From Eledone cirrhosa (Eukaryota): 64,000 nt of DNA. The position numbers and the translations under genes were made by a program. The notes below the pieces were generated by a model. That model ran no database searches and was not told the DNA's origin. It was given only the letters and a program-made list of their open reading frames with translations. Every line of letters starts with the position of its first letter. Position 1 is the first letter of the stretch. The stretch is from contig OZ024740.1 in NCBI GenBank assembly GCA_964016885.1, positions 77,190,001 to 77,254,000 of the forward strand, in the 5' to 3' direction. Below are positions 52,401 through 62,600 of this stretch, piece by piece.

Positions 52401-53580
52401 TGGGGCTGGAGTGCTGTTGATGTTGATATTGGTGTTGTTAGCGATGGTATTGGAGTTGGTGTTGGAGTTGGTGGTTGGGCTGGAGTGCTGTTGATGTTGA
52501 TATTGGTGTTGTTAGCGATGGTATTGGAGTTGGTGTTGGAGTTGTGGGTGGGGCTGGAGTGCTGTTGATGTTGATATTGGTGTTGTTAGCGATGGTATTG
52601 GAGCTGGCGTTGGTTTTGGTGGTGGGGCTGGAGTGCTGTTGATGTTGATGTTGGTGTTGTTAGCGATGGTATTGGAGCTGGCGTTGGTTTTGGTGGTGGG
52701 GCTGGAGTGCTGTTGATGTTGATGTTGGTGTCGTTAGCGATGGTATTGGAGCTGGCGTTGGTGTTGGTGGTGTGGCTGGAGTGCTGTTGATGTTGATGTT
52801 GTGTTGTTAGCGATGGTATTGGAGCTGGCGTTGGTGATGGTGGTGGGACTGGAGTGCTGTTGATGTTGATGTTGGTGTTCTTAGCGATGGTATTGGAGTT
52901 GTCGTTGGTGTTAGTGTTTATGGTGGGGCTGGAGAGCTGTTGCTGTTGATGTTAGTGTTGTTAGCGATGGTATGGGAGTTGGTGTTGGTGGAGGGCTGGA
53001 GTGCTGTTGATGTTGATGTTGGTGTTGTTAGCGATGGTATTGGAGTTGGGGTTGGTGTTGGTGGTGGGGCTGGAATGCTGTTTATGTTGATGTTGGTGTT
53101 GTTAGCGATGGTATGGGAGTTGGTGTTGGTTTTGGTGTTGGGGCTGGAGTGCTGTTGATGTTGGTGTTGTTAGCGATGGTATTGGAGTTGGCATTGGTGT
53201 TGGTGGTGGAGCTGGAGTGCTGTTGATGTTGATGTTGGTGTTGTTAGCGATGGTATGGGAGTTGGTGTTGGTTTTGGTGTTGGGGCTGGAGTGCTGTTGA
53301 TGTTGGTGTTGTTAGCGATGGTATTGGAGTTGGCATTGGTGTTGGTGGTGGGGCTGGAGTGCTGTTGATGTTGATGTTGGTGTTGTTAGCGATGGTATTG
53401 GAGTTGGTGTTGGTGGTGGGGCTGGAGTGCTGTTGATGTTGATGTTGGTGTTGTTAGCGATGGTATTGGAGTTGGTGTTGGTGGTGGGGCTGGAGTGCTG
53501 TTGATGTTGATGTTGGTGTTGTTAGCGATGGTATTGGAGTTGGTGTTGGTGGTGGGGCTGGACTGATGTTGATGTTGATG
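49380..53580. repeat. Block F: ~1.2-1.5 kb unit in three diverged copies
   Basis: gatggcgtt at 49461/50692 and tgtttttgga at 49531/50762 (offset 1231). Near-identical ORFs 50013/51554/52940. Runs of gagctggcgttggtttt monomers in each copy. Confidence 0.82.
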
Positions 53581-53699
53581 TTGGTGTTGTTAGCGATGGT
53601 ATTGGAGTTGGTGTTGTTGGTGGGGCTGGAGTGCTGTTGATGTTGATGTTGGTGTTGTTAGCGATGGTATTGGAGTTGGTGTTGGTGTTGGTGGTGGGG

Positions 53700-56600
53700 C
53701 TGGAGTGCTGTTGATGTTGATGTTGGTGTTGTTAGCGATGGTATTGGAGTTGGCGTCGGTGTTGGTGGTGGGGCTGGAGTGTTGTTGATGTTGATGTTGG
53801 TGTTGTTAGCGATGGTATTGGAGTTGGTGTTGGTGGTGGAGCTGGAGTGTTGTTCATGTTGATGTTGGTGTTGTTAGCGATGTTATTGGAGGTGGCGTTG
53901 GTGTTGGTGCTGGGGCTGGAGTGCTGTTGATGTTGATGTTCGTATTGTTAGCGATGGTATTGGATTTGGTGTTGGTGTTGGTGGTGGGGCTGGAGTGCTG
54001 TTGATGTTGATGTTGGTGTTGTTAGCGATGGTATTGGAGTTGTCGTTGGTGTTGGTGTTGGTGGTGGGTCTGGAGTGCTGTTGTTGTTAATGTTGGTGTT
54101 GTTAGCGATGGTATTGGAGTTTGTGTTGGTGGTGGGGCTGGAGTGCTGTTGATGTTGATGTTGGTGTTGTTAGCGATGTTATTGGATGGCGTTGGTGTTG
54201 GTGTTGGTGCTGGGGCTGGAGTGCTGTTGATGTTGATGTTCGTATTGTTAGCGATGGTATTGGAGTTGGTGTTGGTGTTGGTGGTGGGGCTGGAGTGCTG
54301 TTGATGTTGATGTTGGTGTTGTTAGCGATGGTATTGGAGTTGGCGTTGGTGTTGGTGTTGGTGCTGGAGTGCTGTTGATGTTGATGTTGGTGTTGTTAGC
54401 GATGGTATTGGAGTTGGCGTTGGTGTTGGTGTTGGGGCTGGAGTGATGTTTATGTTGATGTTGGTGTTGTTAGCGATGGTATTGGAGTTGGCGTTGGTGT
54501 TGGTGTTGGGGCTGGAGTGCTGTTGATGTTGATGTTGGTATTGTTAGTGATGGTATGGGAGTTGGTGTTGGTGTTGGTGTTGGGGCTGGAGTGCTGTTGA
54601 TGTTGATGTTGGTGTTGTTAGCGATGGTATTGGAGTTGGCGTTGGTGTTGGTGTTGGTGTTGGGGCTGGAGTGCTGTTGATATTGATGTTGGTGTTGGTA
54701 GCGATGGTATTGGAGTTGGTGTTGGTGGTGGGGCTGGAGTGCTCTAGATGTTGATGTTGGTGTTTTTAGCGATGTTATTGGTGTTGGTGTTGGTGGTGGG
54801 GCTGGAGTGCTCTAGATGTTGATGTTGGTGCTGTTAGCGATGGTATGGGAGTTGGTGTTGGTGTTGGTGGTGGGGCTGGAGACTGTTGATGTTGATGTTT
54901 GTGTTTTTAGCGATGTCATTGGAGGTGGCGTTGGCGTTGGTGTTGGTGGTGGGGCTGGATTGCTGGTGATGTTGATGTTGGTGTTGTTAGCGATGGTATT
55001 TGTTGGTGTTGGTCGTGGAGCTGGACTGCTGTTGATGTTGATGTTGGTGTTGTTAGCGATGGTATTGGAGTTGGTGTTGGTGTTCGAGTTGGTGGTGTGG
55101 CTGGAGTGCTGTAGATGTTGATGTTGGTGTTGTTAGCGATGGTATTGGAGTTGGCGTTGGTGTTGGTGTTGGTGCTGTGGCTGGAGTGCTGTTGATGTTG
55201 ATGTTAGCGTTGTTAGCGATGGTAGTGGAGTTGGCGATGGTGTTGGTGTTGGTGGTGGGGCTGGAGTGCTGTTGATGTTGATGTTGGTGTTGTTAGCGAT
55301 GGTATTGGAGTTGGCGTCGGTGTTGGTGTTGGTGGTGGGGCTGGAGTGCTGTTGATGTTGATGTTGGTGTTGTTAGCGATGGTATTGGAGTTGGCGTCGG
55401 TGTTGGTGTTGGTGGTGGGGTTGGAGTGCTGTTGATGTTAATGTTGGTGTTGTTAGCGATGATATGGGAGTTGGCGTTGGTGTTGGTGGTGGGGCTGGAG
55501 TGCTGTTGATGTTGATGTTGGTGTTGTTAGCGATAGTATTGGAGTTGGTGTTGGTGGTGGGGCTGGACTGCTGTTGATGTTGATGTTGGTGTTGTTAGCG
55601 ATGGTATTGGAGTTAGCATTGGTGTTGGTGTTGGGGCTGGAGTGCTGTTGATGTTGATGTTGGTGTTGTTAGCGATGGTATTGGAGTTGGCGTTGGTGTT
55701 GGTGTTGGTGGTGGGGTTGGAGTGCTGTTTATGTTGATGTTGGTGTTGTTAGCGATGGTATTGGAGTTGGTGTTGGTGTTGGTGTTGGTGGTGTGGCTGG
55801 AGTGCTGTTGATGTTGATGTTGGTGTTGTTAGCGATGGTATTGGAGTTGGCATTGGTGTTGGTGTTGGGGCTGGAGTGCTGTTGTTGTTGATATTGGTGT
55901 TGTTAGCGATGGTATTGGAGTTGGCGTTGGTGTTGGTGGTGGGGCTGGAGTGCTGTTGATGTTGATGTTGGTGTTGTTAGTGATGGTATTGGAGTTGGTG
56001 TCGTATCGGTGGTGGTCGCGGTGCTGGAGCGCTGTTGATGTTGATGTTGGTGTTGCTAGCCATGTTATTGGAGTTGGTGTTGGTGTTGGTGGTGGGGCTG
56101 GAGTGCTGTTGATGTTGATGTTGGTGTTGGTGGTGGGGCTGGAGTGCGGTTGCTGTTGATGTTGGTGTTGTTAGCGATGGTATTGGAGTTGGTGTTGGAG
56201 TTGTGGGTGGGGCTGGAGTGCTGTTGATGTTGGTGTTGTTAGCGATGGTATTGGAGTTGGCGTTGGTGTTGGTGGTGGGGCTGGAGTGCTGTTGATGTTG
56301 ATGTTGGTGTTGTTAGCGATGGTATTGGAGTTGGCGTTGGTGTTGGTGTTGGTGGTGGGGTTGGAGTGCTGTTGATGTTAATGTTGGTGTTGTTAGTGAT
56401 GGTATTGGAGTTGGTGTTGGTGTTGGTGGTGGGGCTGGAGTGCAGTTGCTGTTGATGTTGGTGTTGTTAGCGATGGTATTGGAGTTGGCATTGGTGTTGG
56501 GGCTGGAGTGCTGTTGTTGTTGATATTGGTGTTGTTAGCGATGGTATTGGAATTGGTGTCGTATCGGTGTTGGTCGCGGTGTTGGAGCGCTGTTGATGTT

Positions 56601-59600
56601 AATGTTGGTGTTGTTAGCGATGGTATTGGAGTTGGCGTTGGTGTTGGTGGTGGCTCTGGAGTGCTGTTGATGTTGATGTTGGTGTTGTTAGGGATGGTAT
56701 TGGAGTTGGCGTTGGTGTTGGTGGTGGGGCTGGAGTGCTGTTGATGTTGATGTTGGTGTTGTTAGCGATGGTATTGGAGTTGGGGTTGGTGTTGGTGGTG
56801 GGGCTGGAGTGCTGTTGATGTTGATGTTGGTGTTGTTATGGATGGTATTGGAGTTGGTGTTGGTGTTGGTGGTGGGGCTGGAGTGCTGTTGATGTTAATG
56901 TTGGTGTTGTTAGCGATGGTATTGGAGTTGGGGTTGGTGTTGGTGGTGGGGCTGGAGTGCTGTTGATGTTGATGTTGGTGTTGTTAGGGATGGTATTGGA
57001 GTTGGCGTTGGTGTTGGTGGTGGCTCTGGAGTGCTGTTAATGTTGATGTTGGTGTTGTTAGCGATGGTATTGGAGTTGGGGTTGGTGTTGGTGGTGGGGC
57101 TGGAATGCTGTTTATGTTGATGTTGGTGTTGTTGCGATGGTATTGGATTTGGCGTTGGTGTTGGTGTTGGTGGTGGGGTTGGAGTGCTGTTGATGTTCAT
57201 GTTGGTGTTGTTAGCGATGGTATTGGTGTTGGTGTTGGTGGTGGGGCTGGGGTGCTGTTGATGTTGATGTTGGTGTTGTTAGGGATCGTATTGGAGTTGG
57301 CGTTGGTGTTGGTGTTGGGGCTGGAGTGCTGTTGATGTTGATATTGGTGTTGTTAGCGATGGTATTGGAGTTGGTGTTGGTGTTGGTGGTGGGGCTGGAG
57401 TGCTGTTGATGTTGATATTGGTGTTGTTAGCGATGGTATTGGAGTTGGTGTTGGAGTTGTGGGTGGGGCTGGAGTGCTGTTGATGTTGATGTTGGTGTTG
57501 TTAGCGATGGTATTGGACTTGGCGTTGGTGTTGGTTGTGGGGCTGGAGTGCTGTTGATGTTAATGTTGGTGTTGTTAGTGATGGTATTGGAGTTGGTGTT
57601 GGTGTTGGTGGTGGGGTTGGAGTGCTGTTGATGTTGATGTTGGTGTTGTTAGCGATGGTATTGGAGTTGGCGTTGGTGTTGGTTGTGGGGCTGGAGTGCT
57701 GTTGATGTTAATGTTGGTGTTGTTAGCGATGGTATTGGAGTTGGGGTTGGTGTTGGTGGTGGGGTTGGAGTGCTGTTGATGTTGATGTTGGTGTTGTTAG
57801 CGATGGTATTGGAGTTGGCGTTGGTGTTGGTTGTTGGGCTGGAGTGCTGATGATGTTGATGTTGGTGTTGTTAGCGATGGTATTGGAGTTGGCGTTGATG
57901 TTGGTGTTGGTGGTGGGGTTGGAGTGCTGTTGATGTTGATGTTGGTGTTGTTAGCGATGGTATTGGAGTTGGCGTTGGTGTTGGTTGTGGGGCTGGAGTG
58001 CTGTTGATGTTAATGTTGGTGTTGTTAGCGATGGTATTGGAGTTGGGGTTGGTGTTGGTGGTGGGGTTGGAGTGCTGTTGATGTTGATGTTGGTGTTGTT
58101 AGCGATGGTATTGGAGTTGGCGTTGGTGTTGGTTGTTGGGCTGGAGTGCTGATGATGTTGATGTTGGTGTTGTTAGCGATGGTATTGGAGTTGGCGTTGA
58201 TGTTGGTGTTGGTGGTGGGGCTGGAGTGCTGTTGATGTTGATGTTGGTGTTGTTAGCGATGGTATTGGAGTTGGTGTTGGTGGTGGGGCTGGAGTGCTGT
58301 TGATGTTGATGTTGGTGTTGTTAGCGATGGTATTGTAGTTGGTGTTGGAGTTGTGGGTGGGGCTGGAGTGCTGTTGATGTTGATATTGGTGTTGTTAGCG
58401 ATGGTATTGGAGTTGGGGTTGGCGTTGGTGGTGGGGCTGGAGTGCTGTTGATGTTGATGTTGGTGTTGTTAGCGATGTTATTGGAGTTGGGGTTGGCGTT
58501 GGTGGTGGGGCTGGAGTGCTGTTGATGTTGATGTTGGTGTTGTTAGCGATGGTATTGGAGTTGGTGTTGGTGTTGGTGGTGGGGCTGGAGTGCTGTTGAT
58601 GTTGATGTTGGTGTTGTTAGCGATGGTATTGGAGTTGGCGTTGGTGTTGGTGGTGGGGCTGGAGTGCTGTTGATGTTAATGTTGGTGTTGTTAGCGATGG
58701 TATTGGAGTTGGTGTTGGTGTTGGTGGTGGGGCTGGAGTGCTGTTGATGTTGATGTTGGTGTTGTTAGCGATGGTATTGGAGTTGGTGTTGGTGTTGGTG
58801 GTGGGGCTGGAGTGCTGTTGATGTTGATGTTGGTGTTGTTAGCGATGGTATTGGTGTTGGCGTCGGTGTTGGTGGTGGGGCTGGAGTGTTGTTGATGTTG
58901 ATGTTGGTGTTGTTAGCGATGGTATTGGAGTTGGTGTTGGTGGTGGAGCTGGAGTGTTGTTCATGTTGATGTTGGTGTTGTTAGCGATGTTATTGGAGGT
59001 GGCGTTGGTGTTGGTGCTGGGGCTGGAGTGCTGTTGATGTTGATGTTCGTATTGTTAGCGATGGTATTGGAGTTGGTGTTGGTGGTGGTGGTGGGGCTGG
59101 AGTGCTGTTGATGTTGATGTTGGTGTTGTTAGCGATGGTATTGGAGTTGTCGTTGGTGTTGGTGTTGGTGGTGTGTCTGGAGTGCTGTTGTTGTTAATGT
59201 TGGTGTTGTTAGCGATGGTATTGGAGTTGGTGTTGGTGGTGGGGCTGGAGTGCTGTTGATGTTGATGTTGGTGTTGTTAGCGATGTTATTGGAGGTGGCG
59301 TTGGTGTTGGTGCTGGGGCTGGAGTGCTGTTGATGTTGATGTTCGTATTGTTAGCGATGGTATTGGAGTTGGTGTTGGTGTTGGTGGTGGGGCTGGAGTG
59401 CTGTTGATGTTGATGTTGGTGTTGTTAGCGATGGTATTGGAGTTGGCGTTGGTGTTGGTGTTGGTGCTGGAGTGCTGTTGATGTTGATGTTGGTGTTGTT
59501 AGCGATTGTATTGGAGTTGGCGTTGGTGTTGGTGTTGGGGCTGGAGTGATGTTTATGTTGATGTTGGTGTTGTTAGCGATGGTATTGGAGTTGGCGTTGG

Positions 59601-62600
59601 TGTTGGTGTTGGGGCTGGAGTGCTGTTGATGTTGATGTTGGTATTGTTAGTGATGGTATGGGAGTTGGTGTTGGTGTTGGTGTTGGGGCTGGAGTGCTGT
59701 TGATGTTGATGTTGGTGTTGTTAGCGATGGTATTGGAGTTGGCGTTGGTGTTGGTGGTGGTAGTGTGGCTGGAGTGCTGTTGATATTGATGTTGGTGTTG
59801 TTAGCAATGGTATTGGAGTTGGTGTTGGTGTTGGTGGTGGGGCTGGAGTGCAGTTGCTGTTGATGTTGGTGTTGTTAGCGATGGTCTGCGTGTTGGCGTT
59901 GGTGTTGGTGGTGGCGCTGGAATGCTGTTTATGTTGATGTTGGTGTTGTTAGCGATGGTATTGGACTTGGCGATGGTGTTGGTGTTGGTGGTGGGGCTGG
60001 AGTGCTGTTGATGTTGATGTTGGTGTTGTTAGCGGTGGTATTGGAGTTGGCGTTGGTGTTGGTGTTGGGGCTTGAGTGCTGTTGATGTTGATATTGATGT
60101 TGTTAGCGATGGTATTGGAGTTGGCGTTGGTGTTGGTTGTGGGGCTGGAGTGCTGTTGATGTTGATATTGGTGTTGTTAGCGATGGTATTGGAGTTTGCG
60201 TTGGTGTTGGTGGTGGGGCTGGAGTGCTGTTGATGTTGATGTTGGTATTGTTAGCGATGGTGTTGGAGTTGGCGTTGGTGTTGGTGATGGGGCTGGAGTG
60301 CTGTTGATGTTGATGTTGGTGTTGTTAACGATGGTATTGGAGTTGGCGTTGGTGTTGGTGGTGGGGCTGGAATGCTGTTCATGTTGATGTTGGTTTTGTT
60401 AGCGATGGTATTAGAGTTGGTGTTGGTGTTAGTGGTGGGGCTGGAGTGTTGTTGATATTGATGTTGGTGTTGTTAGCGATGGTATTGGAGTTGGTGTTGG
60501 TGGTGGGGCTGGAGTGCTGTTGATGTTGATGTTGGTAATGTTAGGGATGGTATTGGAGTTGGCGTTGGTGTTGGTGGTGGGGCTGGAGTGCTGTTGATGT
60601 TGATGTTGGTGTTGTTAGCGATGGTACTGGAGTTGGTGTTGGTGCTGGTGGTGGCGCTGGATTGCTGTTGATGTTGATGGTGTGTTGTTAGCGATGGTAT
60701 TGGAGTTGACGTTGGTGTTGGGGTTGGTGGTGGGGCTGGAGTGCTGTTGATGTTGATGTTGTGTTGTTAGCGATGGTATTGGAGTTGGTGTTGGTGGTGG
60801 GGCTGGAGTGCTCTAGATGTTGATGTTGGTGTTTTTAGCGATGTTATTGGTGTTGGTGTTGGTGGTGGGGCTGGAGTGCTCTAGATGTTGATGTTGGTGC
60901 TGTTAGCGATGGTATGGGAGTTGGTGTTGGTGTTGGTCGTGGGGCTGGAGACTGTTGATGTTGATGTTTGTGTTTTTAGCGATGTCATTGGAGGTGGCGT
61001 TGGCGTTGGTGTTGGTGGTTGGGCTGGAATGCTGGTGATGTTAATGTTGGTGTTGTTAGCGATGGTATTTGTTGGTGTTGGTCGTGGAGCTGGAGTGCTG
61101 TTGATGTTGATGTTGGTGTTGTTAGCGATGGTATTGGAGTTGGCGTTGGTGTTGTTGTTGGTGTTGTGGCAGGAGTGCTGTAGATGTTGATGTTGGTGTT
61201 GTTAGCGATGGTATTGGAGTTGGCGTTGGTGTTGGTGTTGGTGCTGTGGCTGGAGTGCTGTTGATGTTGATGTTAGCGTTGTTAGCGATGGTATTGGAGT
61301 TGGCGATGGTGTTGGTGTTGGTGGTGGGGCTGGAGTGCTGTTGATGTTGATGTTGGTGTTGTTAGCGATGGTATTGGAGTTGGCGTCGGTGTTGGTGTTG
61401 GTGGTGGGGTTGGAGTGCTGTTGATGTTAATGTTGGTGTTGTTAGCGATGGTATTGGAGTTGGCATTGGTGTTGGTGGTGGAGCTGCAGTGCTGTTGATG
61501 TTGATGTTGGTGTTGTTAGCGATGGTATTGGAGTTGACGTTGGTGTTGGTGTTGGTGGTGGGGTTGGAGTGCTGTTTATGTTGATGTTGGTGTTGTTAGC
61601 GATGGTATTGGAGTTGGTGTTGGTGTTGGTGTTGGTGGTGTGGCTGGAGTGCTGTTGATGTTGATGTTGGTGTTGTTAGCGATGGTATTGGAGTTGGCAT
61701 TGGTGTTGGTGTTGGGGCTGGAGTGCTGTTATTGTTGATATTGGTGTTGTTAGCGAATGTATTGGAGTTGGCGTTGGTGTTGGTGGTGGGGCTGGAGTGC
61801 TGTTGATGTTGATGTTGGTGTTGTTAGTGATGGTATTGGAGTTGGTGTCGTATCGGTGGTGGTCGCGGTGCTGGAGCGCTGTTGATGTTGATGTTGGTGT
61901 TGCTAGCCATGGTATTGGAGTTGGTGTTGGTGTTGGTGGTGGGGCTGGAGTGCTGTTGATGTTGATGTTGGTGTTGTTAGCGATGGTATTGGAGTTGGCG
62001 TTGGTGTTGGTGTTGGTGGTGGGGTTGGAGTGCTGTTGATGTTAATGTTGGTGTTGTTAGCGATGGTATTGGAGTTGGCGTTGGTGTTGGTGGTGGCTCT
62101 GGAGTGCTGTTAATGTTGATGTTGGTGTTGTTAGCGATGGTATTGGAGTTGGGGTTGGTGTTGGTGTTGGGGCTGGAATGCTGTTTATGTTGATGTTGGT
62201 GTTGTTAGCGATGGTATTGGATTCGGCGTTGGTGTTGGTGTTGGTGGTGGGGTTGGAGTGCTGTTGATGTTAATGTTGGTGTTGTTAGCGAAGGTATTGG
62301 ATTTGGCGTTGGTGTTGGTGTTGGTGGTGGGGTTGGAGTGCTGTTGATGTTCATGTTGGTGTTGTTAGCGATGGTATGGGAGTTGGTGTTGGATTTGGTG
62401 TTCGGGCTGGAGTGCTGTTGATGATGATGTTGGTGTTGTTAGCGATGGTATTGGTGTTGGTGTTGGTGTTGGTGGTGGGGTTGGAGTGCTGTTGATGTTG
62501 ATGTTGGTGTTGTTAGGGATCGTATTGGAGTTGGCGTTGGTGTTGGTGTTGGGGCTGGAGTGCTGTTGATGTTGATATTGGTGTTGTTAGCGATGGTATT

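Noticed and set aside
1238-57200. Minus-strand Pro/Thr/Gln/His-rich ORFs as an actual mucin gene
   Set aside because: The frame shifts every monomer and hits TAA about every 222 bp. The longest is 110 aa and no signal, VWD, CysD or SEA domain is present. Kept only as an origin hypothesis.
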